From contig RDEW01000023.1 of the NCBI GenBank assembly GCA_011109175.1, positions 86,257-150,256 on the forward strand: 64,000 nt of DNA, given 5' to 3'. Positions 13,183 to 26,700 of the stretch are shown here, one piece after another (position 1 is the stretch's first letter; each line of letters starts with the position of its first letter). The translations under genes were made by a program, and so were the position numbers. Source of the DNA: Dicyema japonicum (Eukaryota; Animalia; Dicyemida). A model generated the notes under the pieces. That model was given only the letters and a program-made list of their open reading frames with translations. It searched no databases and was not told the DNA's origin.

Positions 13183-14786
13183 TGCACGATGCTACTGCGA
13201 GTAAAGATATCTTTGTAGAACTACTACAAATTCTCTTTGACTAGGGGTTTTATTTGATAATACTTGTATGTTTATACACCGATAATGGTTGGGAGATATG
13301 CTGGTGTTGCTGCCAAATTGCGAGCTGAAATAGAAAAGTTAAATCCTGAGTCATCATTTATCACTTTCATTGTATTATCAATCTATTATAAATGTGGCCC
13401 TCGAAGCGAAATAAGTTTGACACCTCTGGTTTAGAACATTGTTTACTTCTCATCAAGCGATTATAATTCGATTCTCTTAGTAATGGCTATAGGACTAATG
13501 CTTAGTTACCGTTCTGAGATTTATTTAATCTTAGAAAAGGATTTATTTTAATTCGACCATAAAGACAACTGGTCTACTATGTGAGCAAAAGATCTTATGG
13601 GACAACTCATCTTTTATATAAGGAGAGGAAATTCTTCACTGAGAAACCACCTGCGTAGACTGATTCTTCCCTTCCAACACGGCTATTCACATGGGATAGC
13701 GCTTTGAAGACAGTTCTCCCTCAAACTAATTTGGGTATAAAACCTCGGGGTTGATTAGCGCAATTCCCTCGTTCTCTTACAAGATATAGGATCATTATTA
13801 ACCAGAAAAGAGACAGTCGTGAAAAGGAATGGCTAATAGTGCAAATTCACTACTTGGTTATGGCATCATAAGTAGTTACTGTTTAACATTTTACCACACT
13901 TTATGACTAGGCAATCACTTTTTTAACCTTAAAATTAAAAAATTTAACATTTTCAATTTAAACAATAAAAGACAACTTTTGTTTTAAAGACTATTTATTG
14001 AAAATAGACATTACGTAATTTTCCAGATTTAGTGTACAAAAGTTTCTGTTTGTCCTCAAAAAAACTCTTGAATTGCGAAAAACATCTTTCGACAGATACC
14101 GAGGATGGCTGACAATATAGATGGAACGAATACATTTTTACATTTCATATTAATAATTTTAGTTAGGTCGCTTTCCAAACTTCTCTTCTACAAATATTTT
14201 TTGACCCTTGTTTCATCTTTCCCAAAATCTATTGCACTAAGCGTCGAATATGCGTACTCTATTATACACTAGTTACTTTCAAATTGTAATATTTTTCTGT
14301 GATAATTTACTATATAAGAACAACCTGGAATATGTGAATAGTTATGCGAAATGGCGCATAAGCTCTACTATTTTTTCACTTTTCAATGCATTCTTCGTAG
14401 AACTACTAAAGTACCTTCGTCCTCAATTAACTCAGAAATGTTAATCACTAGGATTAAATTTTTTGATTAAAAAGATGCAGCCTTCAACCTGGTACCCCAT
14501 CTCGTCAATACGACTTTGGGAGGAAATTGTTTTTCGGAAAACAAAAATTTTATTCAACATCATTTACATTCTGAAAGGGGTGAATTACCCAATCTGGAAC
14601 TTTGAGTTAACATAAATCTTTGAAAAGTCCCTTCATATCTTGTTCAAGAGTGATCAAATGTTCAATATAAATTTCAAAATCATTTTCAGAAAAGAAGTTT
14701 TTAAGACCACTGAGACGTGGAAATTGGATTAATTCTTTCCTGCCAATATTCCTACAAAATAAAGGTATTTTCGAAATTTTAATTTT

Positions 14787-15096
14787 TTATTAACCCCGGA
14801 TACACGGAGATAGAAAGTTAAAGTAAACAACTAATTAAGTGTATCCTGTTTCCACTTCTACAGAGTCCACCCGGAATCAACATAAAGGGCAAAAGACGTC
14901 CATACTTGCAGTAGTGGAAGCCCCTTCCAGTAGAGTGAGGGAGAGCAAATGATCTTTTTTCGTGCCGGCTTGATACTCGGCGCCACCTAGACAGGTGGAT
15001 CACATGACGCCACTCTAATAGGAAAAGAGAGGAGGAACAGACGAACAAACAGAAACTTCAACCAATTAGCCACGAAGCACCACATGGCGCCACGCG
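14787..15096 (-). mobile_element. SINE-like repeat, family A
   Basis: Reverse complement of 7897-8206. Confidence 0.9.
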
Positions 15097-15429
15097 TTTC
15101 GAAATAAAAGTAGAAATAAGTGACTTTTCCTAAATTAATTTAAAAAAATAATACCTTGATTAAATTAATATCAGAAAATTGTAATTTCAACATAATAAAC
15201 AGAAAGGTCGTCTTTCATCACTAGGAAATGTGATGAAACCATATTTTAAATATTTTAGAGTCCAGTGGGCTGTCCTCACGGCATGCCAGTTCTACAAGTT
15301 GGGAGGTAGCAGAGGCGTAATCTTCATCGTATACCTTCATACCATGCTTATGTTCAATGAGCATACTTTCGAGCGTTCTCTTCAGTACAACCGATTGGAT
15401 GCAAGTCCTCGTTGATTCTTCAATAAATC

Positions 15430-16310
15430 ATTTATCCATGATTCTTGAAGCATCTTGAGACAACTCCATCCCATGTCAAAACCACTGGAATAATCTTCAC
15501 TTGGCATTCATAGAGCAGCGAAAGTTTATTTGCAAGCAAGTCATATTTGTGAAGTTTCTCAACTTCAACTTGCTTCAATACTTTCCCTGTCGGCCATTGC
15601 ATATTTAGAGACAAGAAATCCTGCGATTGTAGCCAAGTGCCATTTTTTTGTTTTTATTATTCGCAGAATCCCCGACCTTCGCAAACACACAGACGACTGT
15701 TTTTCCAAACTTTTAATGAAGTGGAAAGGAATTATTTCGATCTTAAACGAAATCGAGGAAAGTCCTCTTCCAAAAGTCTTCCTGTCTAAAAGCATGGTTA
15801 TTCTCTTCTTAAGTATGGACTCTTAAGTATGGATTTACAGTCCACTTCTTGACTATGGTCTTTACAAAGTTAACAATCCAACGGGGTATTCCTGAGCAGT
15901 CCAATACATTAAATAAAAATTCATGGTCAACAGAATCAAAGGCTTTCTTCAGATCAACCCAAGCAGAATAAAGGGCGTTTCCATACTCCTTATTTAAGCA
16001 TTGATTAATAAGGGCCTGTTCCTTAGCGCCCTGACAATGTTTCCACGTTCCCAGGTGATTATCAGATAATAGCCCAAACGAATCCACAAAATCTAAGAGT
16101 TTGGAATTAACACATTTGGTAATAAGTTTAAATAAAGTTGGCATACACATTATAGGACGTAAGTCTTTAGGAGTCTCACAATCATCCTTTTTAGGAATTA
16201 AATAGGTTATTCCAGTATAAAACCAACTTTCAGGCAAATATTCCCCATTAATAATTCGGTTAATCTCAGTACATAAAAAGCCATGTAAAGATTCCATTTT
16301 TTTAATAAAG
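15430..16310 (-). mobile_element. R4-like REL retrotransposon, internally deleted
   Basis: GITYLIPK, LRPIMCMPTLFK, CQGAKEQALIN, WVDLKKAFDSVDH; then a jump to RKTFGRGL and the C-terminal EKLHKYDLLAN..IIPVVLTWDG. Confidence 0.88.
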
Positions 16311-16399
16311 AAGTTATATGACTCATCGCATCCACTCGCCTTTCAAATAGTAAAATAATAATTTGTTGAAATAATTAAAAAAAAGGTACGTAATAAAAT

Positions 16400-18830
16400 A
16401 AATCAATAATTACAGGCAATAATTAGGACGACAGAATGGCGAAGGCGTTACCTCTGCCATTTCGAGCCTCTGCCTCAACCAGAGTCCCTCCCGTGGCTCG
16501 CACCTTTTTGAGGCGAGTTTGCTTTCAATGCTGTGGAGAAAGGCTTCCGTCTTCGCGCCTACAATTCCAGTTGTCTCCGCAGCAATGGGGCGAAATGGTA
16601 ATGGTCTCCGAGGAATTCGTACTTATGGATCTTCTTGACCTCTACCTGGTCGGCTGCGTCTCCGGGAGAGTGCGTCGCTGTCAGCAATCTGGCTCCTGAG
16701 AAGTGTCCACACACGTTGCGTCCCAGACAAGTGATTTTCCGTGGGAGTATGGAAATAACGTCATTCCATCCGGCCTCTTCCCGTCGCATCTGTCTAAGCC
16801 CATGGTTCCACTTGGGCCGGAAATCCCGCAGCCTTGAGGGCTTGAAAGATGATGTCACTGAGGGCTGCGTGGCGCGGTGCTCGACCAGCACTCCGTCGGC
16901 AAGAGAGTGGATGTAATCCTTTCGTATCAACGTCCCCGCCGCAACGGAATTTGTGTCTCGGCATATGTCCAGTCCTAGGCACAATGCCACCCAGATCCTC
17001 AAGCTGTTTTCGTCAAGGAGGGTCCCCAGATGTGGGCAAGGTAGAGCCTCGAGCCAGACTCATTTCCGCGATAATGCTTGCTGGTCGGTGTTGGTTAGCG
17101 CTTTTTTTCGCGTTCGACGGGAATTCCAAGTTCAACTCACCCCACAACTTGCTAACTCTGTCAAGCTCCGAGTCCAAGGTATGTCAAGTTACGTAGGACT
17201 GCTTGGGCCAAGCGACTGCAGCTCGCAAGGGATGAAAAGTAGGCAGGCAGGGCGGCTTCAAGGGGAGATCTCAACCCAATGCCCCCATTTCTCGCAGGTT
17301 GTTTGCACATTGTCCAGCCCACATCATCGAATTTGACATTCAGTATTGACTCCGCCGATCGTCTCAGAGTCCCATCAGCCGACAATAGTGCATTCCGGTG
17401 TTCAAAACATGGTGAACATCTCAAAATGTACATCATCTTCGACATAGAAATACATTTCTTGAGCAAGAAGAAAGACACATGTGGATCCAAAAATGATACT
17501 CTCTTTGTAAAGGCTTCAACTTCATTATTCTTACTGGTAAGGCATTTTTCCAGCTCGTCGTTTCCGAGAGGGCAGCCAAGGAAGTGTACCTTGTCCAAGG
17601 AGGATATGCTGATACCTGGAAGTAGGGATCTGAATTCTTGGCAGGCAGTAGAAAAGTTTTGTGATGATTGGAAATATTGATCAGTTCCGATTTCATAACG
17701 TTGACACTTAAACCCAATTCGTTTAGAGCAGGAATGGTTGAAGGAATATCCTGATATACGTTCTCCCATGAGCCGGCTATTGTAGCGTCGTCTAAGTATC
17801 ACAGGTAGAGTTCACAGTTTATGCTTCGTGCCACTGTGTTAATTGTCATTGCAAAAAGCAAAGTCCCTAGAGGGTCTCCCTGCTGAACGCCTGTGCGTGA
17901 ATATACGATATCGTTTCCGTAAACTAAGACTGAGTCCGTCCCGTACGATGAGTGTACAAGTCGGCAAATCTCTGGTTTCCAAAATACAGTCTCTCCTCAG
18001 CGTGTTGAAGGCATTTGATATATCAAGCTTCAGGCCTAGCCTTTGGGTCTGGGAATTATTGTCGTTGAAGTAACTCCTCGCGGCGTGGACTGCTGCCTCG
18101 CAACCGCCGGTCACTCCCACCCCAAGTTGAGTTGGAAACAGCTCTTCAGCAACATTGTGGGAGACTTTCTGGGCAGCGATTTTAGCAGCAAGCCTTCGAA
18201 AGTATGTACCGATCGCAATTGGGCGGACACCTTCATCTCCTTTTTCGGAATGCCAATAGATGTCCACAAAAAAGAAGGTCTCTAGCAAATTTTGGAATAT
18301 CACCATTAACCATTCGAGTGAGCAGCAAGGTGATAGACGTTAACAAGGCACGGCCGGCTTCAGCAGTAGCTTCAGAGGTTAAGTCCTTTATATGGCTTGG
18401 GCGCAGTCCGTCCGGCCTCCGCAGCTACTGGGTGCAAAAAACTTTATTCCACGCGCTACTTCAAATTCCGTGGGAGTAAATGCCGGGAGGTCTTCTGGAA
18501 TTGTCAAGTTCCACTGGTTCGGTGGTGGAGCAGGTGCTCCTTTCTCAATAACTCCAAGACTTCACGGCACTTCAACAGCGTTTCGTCACAAAACACCACT
18601 CTTGAAGCTGCGCGAACGTCCCCTTTCATCAGTCTTCGGTTCACCCTCTCTTGAAATGTTTTAGAATCTTCCTGTTTACTCTCAGCTTCTGTAGACAACT
18701 GTTTGCACCGAAATACTTGCTCAGACTCGATTCCAGAGTTTTGCTGCGTTGAAGTGGCCAAAAAGGCAGAAGTACTCTTCTTGATTTTGAGATTTTGACA
18801 TCGGAAAATCCAAATCATTACTCGCACTAC
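16400..18830 (-). mobile_element. CRE-like REL non-LTR retrotransposon, 5'-truncated and frameshifted
   Basis: VRPIAIGTYFRRLAAK, QLGVGVTGGCEA, KLDISNAFN, GVQQGDPLG, GGIGLRS..ALPAYFSS, LSCRRSAGR..RH and REL motif KRPDGMT..WDATCVD. Confidence 0.9.
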
Positions 18831-18834
18831 GGGG

Positions 18835-20930
18835 GAGACATGCTTGGAGTGTTCCTGGTGTCACAACTGCTCTACACTTATGTAGAGAAGCCGATGATCA
18901 TGTGGGACATAGGGAGCGACCATATACCCCAAGAGATGTTATTGAACCTAGCTCCAGACTCCATGGAATCTGTGTTTACAGGCCGTCATAACTCTAAGAG
19001 TTAATTCTTATTTATGACGGCCTAACAAGAGTAAGCTGGGAACACTACATAAGGTACATATCAAGAAACCTCAAAGACTGGAAGGATAAAGATTATTCCC
19101 CAAGTGAAATCGACATCATAGACAATGAACTCTCTCTCCATCATGATGGAGACATACTTAATGCTTTACGCATAAAGGAGATCCTCAAGTACAATCATGG
19201 AAAGAACATCAGTCTTTCCCGTTCCATATTATCTTTGATCAATGAAGGAATCGCCTGAGGACCAAACTCAGAAGATGGACTGGATAGACCGGATTGCATT
19301 GACCGGACAATTGAAGATAATCAAGAAAGCCATTGAAGAGGAAGCAAGATTCTCTCAAGAACAATGTTTGAGGGTAGAGGCAAGCAATCTAAACACCAAA
19401 GACCTCTCGTTCTGGAAGTTCTACAAAAGAATAACTGGGCAGGAAAGGAATGACATAAAAATCTCTTTGACTAAGCCAGAAGGTGGACTATGTTCTATGG
19501 AAGAAGCCCCAGATATCTTTAAGAAGCAACTAGACCGCATTCAGGGGGTCAACTCATTGGAGCTGATTCCGAGGGAGATGTTAGATTCTTCACATGTAAT
19601 TTTAACCTACTCTTTGGACGATCTCAAAGATACTGAAATGAATATAACTACGGAAGACGACTGCAATCATGAAAAGCAAGGCTAATGCTCTGGACATGTC
19701 CATCTAAGCATGAGATTGTTCAAGGAAGGCCCAGAGGATCTATTTCCCATACTAAAGAATTTATTCAATGCAAGCATTCATTATTGCCATGTCCCAAAAC
19801 GCTGGAAATCTTCTATAGTCAGAATGATACTGAAACCAGGAAAATCGAGGAGGGACCCACTCAGCTATAGGCCGATAAGACTCATCTGCTCGATCTCTAA
19901 GATTATCGAACGAATTATCTTCAGAAGTCTTAACGAGCACATAAAAGAAAGTGGTTTCCTCCTCGCAGAACAATGTGGCTTCAGACCTGTAAAATCATGC
20001 ACGGATTGCATCTACCAGATGCATTCAATGGTCAACCTGGTATGTTTGGATCTGTCCAAGGCTTTTGATAGCGTGTGGCACGAAGCCCTACTATCAAGGC
20101 TAGCAGCTGCTGATATTCAAATGAAACTTTTCATGTGGATAAAGGACTTCCTAACAGAACGGACTTCCCAAGTACGTGTTGGAGCAAATATGTCAAAAGA
20201 TATCATACTGAAGAGGGGAGTTCCACAAGGTTCTGTCTTGAGCCCACTTCTGTTCAACATATTCTTGTCAGACTTCTCAACTCCACCGGATATGAACACC
20301 GGACTATTGATATACGCTGATGATATTCTGATCACGAATACATTCAGGAAATCAACTCTCACGGAAAAAAGAATCAAGTCATTCATTGAACAAGTACAGG
20401 ACTGGTGCACCAAGAGAGGGATGAGACTGTCCACTGAGAAGTCCACTTATTTAAGAGTCAGTCGCCTAAGGAGGCATCAGACGCAGCCTTACTCACTTGA
20501 CATTCCTAAAGTAAATTCACTGCGCTACCTCGGAATAGTAATCGACGGGAAAGGTTCCTTCATGGAGGACATTAGACGAAGAAGGAAGAAGGCGCTTCAC
20601 CACTTTTATGTACAAGAAAGTTGTTTGTAAGCCTGGAAACCTTCTTGTTCATCTTCATGAGAATCATTCTTCCGGAGCTGCTATATGGATGCGAAGCATG
20701 GTTTTTCTCTTGCCAAAAGAAAAAAATTATGTTACTTATGGAAAAAACTAGAAGGTCGGCAATAAAGTTGGCTTTGGGGAAAAGGCTTTTTGATGTTTTT
20801 AGTACTGAAGAAGACAAGATTCTAACACCGGTCAAATATATTGTAGAGAAAAGGATCGATAGGATCCGACGATAGAAAGAGACTAAATGGAGACGGGGTG
20901 CATCGGAAGTGTCCAGGCCGCATAGGCGGA
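18835..20930 (+). mobile_element. APE-RT LINE (different family), 5'-truncated
   Basis: APE C-terminal IGSDH, YRPIRL, QCGFRP, DLSKAFDSVWH, GVPQGSVLSPLLFNIF, YADD, LRYLGIVID. Confidence 0.92.
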
Positions 20931-21164
20931 TACGTTTAAATATCCCTTAAACTAACTCCTTTTTATTGTTGAATAAATTGGTTTCGGTTTTGTTTTGGTT
21001 TGTTCAGTCTGAGTTTATCAGGTTAATCGGGGATTTGGAGGACTGCGGGAGGAAGAGCCTAGAATGACATGATGGCTATTCCAGAATATTGGGCTCCTGA
21101 TCATGAGTGGTAACTCTAATTGCATTCTCAATGCCTCCATACCATAATGGAGACCTTATAATAA

Positions 21165-21245
21165 AAAATTATTCCAAAGGGTAAAACCAAACTAACAAAC
21201 TCCTTTCACCAGAACTTGTCTCCAGGTAATGAAATTTTTTCTTGA
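21165..21245 (-). mobile_element. 3' tail fragment of SINE-like family B
   Basis: Matches 5686-5790. Confidence 0.7.
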
Positions 21246-21396
21246 TGGAAAGAAAAGTTACTGACATTAATTATAAAATTATTAAATTTAAACAATTCAA
21301 ATTTTAAATTTTGAAAAAAGGAAGGAAACAAAAATAAATGTTTCCTAAAATTGGCAAATTCTTAAATAAACCAAAAACTACGTAAAAATAAATCAA

Positions 21397-22565
21397 ATGG
21401 ATTTGGTAGCTGCTTTGAAGAATCGTGTTAAATCTTACAAAAACGACGATTTTTACGGAAAGTTTAACCACTATTATGGAGTCACACTACTCGCCTTAAT
21501 ATCCGTGATCATCTCCACGAAAAACTTGGTGGGAGACCCAATCCACTGCTGGTGCCCAATACACTTTACGAGTAATTAAATTTTGTCATTTTCAGGCGAT
21601 ATGGTGAGATATGCAGAACAGTCTTGTTTTACTGGGGGAAGGTTTTACTTCAACTCGGCTGTAAAGGAAGACAACTTGGAATCTGTTATATCGGGGAAGT
21701 TTTTCCATTGGATGATTTTGATTACCATACTTCTTGCCTTACTGTATCGACTGCCGTATATTCTTTGGTGTCGCACGTGTTCAGTCAGCGACATTAATGT
21801 TAACCAAATTATTGAATTATCAATAAAATGTGGAGATGTTGATTCTGAACAGAAAAAATCAAAAGCATTCAACATTTTATTCGAGTATTTTGCAAAATAT
21901 AGAAACTCAAGAATGGAGATGGATTTCGAGGGACTTGCAAAAAATAAAATTATAAAATTTATTTATGTCCAGTCAAGAAAATTTAATTCAATTTCATCAA
22001 TGTATATTCTGGTAAAATTCATGTACTTTGTAATCACGTTGTCTCAGATTGTCATTATAGAATATTTTGTTATATGGAAGACAAAAAGCAGTTTCAGTGA
22101 AGTTATGTTTTGGGATTTCATTAAAGTCATTAAGAATGTGGAAACAACGTTTTTTCCTCGATCTGTTTTGTGTAAATTTGACTCCAAGGAATTGGGTCAC
22201 ATTGAGACTCCTCGAACGCACACAGTTGAGTGCATTCTCCCTATAAATCAATATGCACATATTCTCTTTACTGTGTATTGGTTTTATCTCCTCTTTGGGG
22301 GTATAATCAACTTTATTGGAATTTCGAAGTGGATCTGGTACCTCTGGTTCAGATGTGTCCACCAGGGATACCTGATTTCACTTCTGGTGGAAAAGAACTC
22401 CATTTTCATAAGAAATTTTTTATTAATTCTTATTTGAGTTACGACGGCATTTTTGTTATTCGATTGGTGGCGGACAACACAAGTGATCTTTTTGTCAAGA
22501 AACTGGTCTCCAAATTGTTCGATAAATACATGGAGTCCGCCCAGACATATAATTTTAAATGTTGA
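21397..22565 (+). CDS. Innexin (gap-junction protein)
   Basis: DDF..KFNHYY, GDPIHCWCPIHFTS|DMVRYAEQSC, FPRSVLCKF, CILPINQ, YLSYDGIFVIRL..NT. 24-nt intron at 21572-21595; a second junction near 22387-22412 is either a 26-nt intron or a 1-nt deletion. Confidence 0.95.
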
Positions 22566-22609
22566 TTTTTATAGTTTAATATGTGAGCTTTGTTTATTTT
22601 GAGATAAAT

Positions 22610-24330
22610 TTAATTCCTAAGTAATATATCAAAGAAGGACTGTCAATAGAAGTGAGCAATCCGCACAGGAATTAAGAGCTTAAGGGATATTGAAGACGGA
22701 ATTCCTATGGAGCGGATCACAATGATCGGGTTCGGCCCAAAGAGAGTGAATCTGTCAAGAGTCCCTAATATAGTTATTTTCTTCAGTTTTACCAACATCA
22801 AACTTCCTCTTAAAATGTTTAACCAAATCCCAAATAGACCGTCATCACAGACTTGTTATATGGAAAGTTTATAACTACTCTGATGTTAAGACACTCAAAA
22901 TATATGCCACGATCGGTCCCCTCATGGAAATTTATGCCAATGATAATTCTTGTAGGGTGGTGCCAGAGCTATTATTTTCTCATTTCAAGAAATTGTAAAA
23001 AAATTAAACTTTCATAAAAGTCAGTTTCACGCAAAGTCCTCAACAAAAGACATTCCTTTTAAAATTTTTGGATATAAAACTACATTTTTTGGAATGAATA
23101 TAGCAAATAAGGAGTATTTGAAGTCCTCTTCATAACATAACATTTTTATTAAAGACCAAGACGTAACGATAGTTGTGGGAGATTAAGTTGTTAAAAATCC
23201 TGCCGAGAGATCTGGATTCTTTAGCATTTCTGCCGCTAGCCTTCACATAGAGAAATGAAGCCACTATAGTAAAATAAAGAAGAGAACAGAAAAAAAGAAG
23301 AGGAATTATTAATCAACAACGTTATTCACTAATATATTTCCCTTTCGGACATAGATTTCCTTGCTAGGCTTCAAAAAATTTCTTATCGTGAAAAGGAAAA
23401 AATAAGCGAGAGAACAAGCGAAAGAGGAGCTGACTTAGTGCATTTCCTTACAAATCATGAAGGGAACTGTGTTTTCAATTTTGAGATCATCTACCCTTGA
23501 ATAAAAGGAACAATTAGTTGTTAACTTTTGGTAATCATGAAGACGAAAAAATGCTTCAATTGATGATCTTATCCATTCCAACTGTCCACAACCTTGTGTT
23601 GTGTTAAGAGGGAAATATAGATGCTTAAAAATATATTCAAAATAATAACTTTTGTATAACCAAAATACTATAATTTATAATCTTAGTTTTTGTATAATTT
23701 AGTTATATAAAAAAGTGAAGAGCTTCTTTGATTCTCATTCGTTGGTTAGTTATGATAACTGTTCTTTGCTTGAATAAAGTGTGTGTCCTGTCTGGGAGGA
23801 GCGATAGCTAATGTGGCTCCTCGTAAAATGTATTAGTTAGTTCCCATGGCATCAATCGTTGAGCTGTCATCAAAAAATTTTATTTGGCATAAAAAACTTT
23901 CCCTAGTCGTCAGTTAACAGAAACCCCCATAAATGTAGATATAAGACAATCTATTATTAAAAGAACGTCGAATATCGACAATCGAAGTTTCTCCAGATTT
24001 TGGGCGAACATGATTTGTACATAGGGTTTGTAGCAATTGATGTCTTCTATGTGTCCTAAAGCCAATATACATAATATTAGCGACAATCGTAAAAATAAGC
24101 CTTAGAAAGAATCATTGTTCAAATTCCTCCAATTTTTGGTCAGACTTGAACCCAGAATGTATGCTTATCCAGCGCTTCTGTAGTTAGAGTTTGTACCTCG
24201 TCACATAGGAAAAGTGATTGTTGAGGAACCATAACTGGTCTCCTATAATTTGCAAAGGCCCAGGAATAAAACCGCAATAATTTTGTAGTAAATTGGCTAT
24301 TATGTGATTAAAATGATATCATTAGAGTGA
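22610..24330 (-). other. Putative multi-exon gene of unknown product
   Basis: Successive stop-free stretches (e.g. IANLLQNYCGFIPGPLQIIGDQLWFL; FKHLYFPLNTTQGCGQLEWIRSSIEAFFRL) separated by GT..AG micro-intron candidates. No family recognised and no complete model built. Confidence 0.35.
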
Positions 24331-24365
24331 AGAATCAGTAATTAAACGACCACAATTAAAAATAT

Positions 24366-25511
24366 CTAATAATTATTATTCCTGGAATCCATCAATACAG
24401 TATGAAGGATTACATCAACCACTGCATAAGGGTCACAATTTGCGGCAGGACGTCTGTCTTCCAAATATCCGCAACCCTTTTCGTCTACTTCCATAGGGAC
24501 TCTTATGGAAGCCTTCCTATTGGCGACTCCGAAGGAAAAATGATCGTAGCTGCTTGTCTCACAGGTACCAATTAGTCTTTTATAGTTATCCTTTCCCCCA
24601 TTTCCGTCGTATACTTCCATGTGAATGCTATGATTCTTCTCCATCTTTCTTATTGCCGCATATATGTGGTTGATACCATTTTCTTGGCGCATCAAATTTG
24701 TGCTAAAATTCACGTGCGCACCAGCTCCATTCCACGGGCCTTCAACTGGTTTTGGGTTTAATGTGGCAATCACTCCAAAGTCTTCACAAACTCGTTGGAG
24801 AATAAACCGAGCCATCCAAAGATGGTCACCGATTTCGATCCCGCCACATACTCCAATCTGAAATTCCCACTGTGAAGGCATAACTTCTGCGTTTGTTCCG
24901 CAGATTTTGATCCCTGCATAAAGACAAGCCTTATAATGGGCCTCCACAATCTCCCTACCAAAGGAACGATCAGCTCCGACACTGCAGTAGTAGGGACCTG
25001 AAAATTTAGAATCCTTTCCACCTTGGGGCAGTGGAAAACCATTTTCAGGCCACTGATAAGGACGTCCATTGACTCCCATTAATGTATACTCCTGCTCTAT
25101 GCCAAAATAGGGCTCGTAAGATTTACAAAATTCTGTGGTTTTTAAACATTTGTTTCGTAAATTGGATTCTATTAGTAAATTATATAAAATGACTTGTGGG
25201 TTCCAAATTTGGATAATAAGTTTCACAGAGGACCAATATATTGCAAGGAGGCAAAAAGGGATCTTTAAAAATAGCGACTGGTTTTATGTAAACGTCAGAA
25301 TTTGAACACGTTGATTGTCCTGTGCTGGAACCATCAAAATTCCAGATCGGAAGTTCTTGGGGGACTTGACTTGAAAGTCAATAGTCCGAGACTTTGATCT
25401 GAGGTTGTTCTCAGCGTCAATCCAAATGTAGGTGGCTATAATTTGGTTTTCTGGCTGATGAAGTCGCGAGTACTTCTCCCAAACCGAGACTTTGCTGCCT
25501 ACCTTATCCAT
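24366..25511 (-). CDS. GLUL: Glutamine synthetase (type II)
   Basis: [88 protein letters not shown]. 25-nt and 24-nt introns; 1-nt deficit at about 25360. Confidence 0.97.
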
Positions 25512-25599
25512 GTGATACGATCCTGTAGTCAAACTGAGTTTTATATTTACGCTAAATCGACTTATTAAGCTTTCTAATTAATGCGGTTATCACTGAACG

Positions 25600-26620
25600 T
25601 ATTGGATTATTATCATACTTTCAAGGCTACGTATTTTGTGAACGCTCATTTTTGTTATTTTATTGCTGAAACTTTTATCTTCAAAAATTGGCGGGTAATT
25701 CCTTAGTAATTTGTTTTATCAGATGACGTCTTAAATCTGACAAAAAATTTTCAAGTGAAAATAAAACCCTTAAGTTACAAATTATTTTAATTCGATAAGT
25801 TAATTTACAATGTTCCAGTGTGGATTGGTTTACCACAAAATTAAAGGACTTTAGTGATAATTGCACATTATCGTGAAATCTGCATTCGTGACAACATTCG
25901 TATAAACTAAATCCTCTTAATTAGTCGCCTTTTGATTATTTTCTCGCAAATCATCTAAACTCTGTGAACACACGTGATCGGTGACTCTTTAAAGAATATT
26001 TAATATATAGAGTACCAATATTAGTCCTGACCTATTTCAGTGATTTTTAAGAAGTTAAGGTTCATTTGTTTGCAAGTAAAAAACACTGCTAGTAAATTCT
26101 AATTAGGTACTCCAGAGACTCACGACTCTTCAGCCAGAAATCATGCACTATTTCCTCGTTTTAAATTTTCCTGCATAATTTGAACCTTACAGCATTTTAT
26201 TGGGCTTCAAATCAGTAAATCAACTCCATTAAGTCGAATCCCTGGATGAATATCTAAACGAGATACCTTAGCAGTAATCAGCAAGCCATCTGTTCTATAA
26301 GTATATAATACGTCATATAAATTCTAATTGAATTTGATTATTCAAAATAGAAAAAAATAATCTATAAACTCTTTCTCAAGCAAATTTATCACTAAAGCTT
26401 GAATACAGAATTCAAATTTACAATTACTGGGCACATGATCGAAAGAAACGATCTTCGACACCACAGAGTCGTCTTTGAAAGAAGGAATCTCTGAGAGGAA
26501 TAATCCAGTCTTGTGATCGATTCGTCCAAATGGAAAGGACTCCTGCAATCTACGCGCGTATCGCATTCAGTTACTAAAGTTCCTTCGTGAAAGTCCATTT
26601 CGTGTGAGTGGTGAAGCACA
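25600..26620 (-). other. Putative multi-exon gene of unknown product upstream of GS
   Basis: Protein-like open stretches (GRIDHKTGLFLSEIPSFKDDSVVSKIVSFDHV; EIVHDFWLKSRESLEYLIRIY; LSDLRRHLIKQITKELP). Not identified. Confidence 0.3.
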
Positions 26621-26700
26621 TAAGCTTACAAAAGTTACTTCCAGAGAGTGCAACAGATAGATCATCTGTTAGGTTGATGAATTAACTCTTAATTTATATT

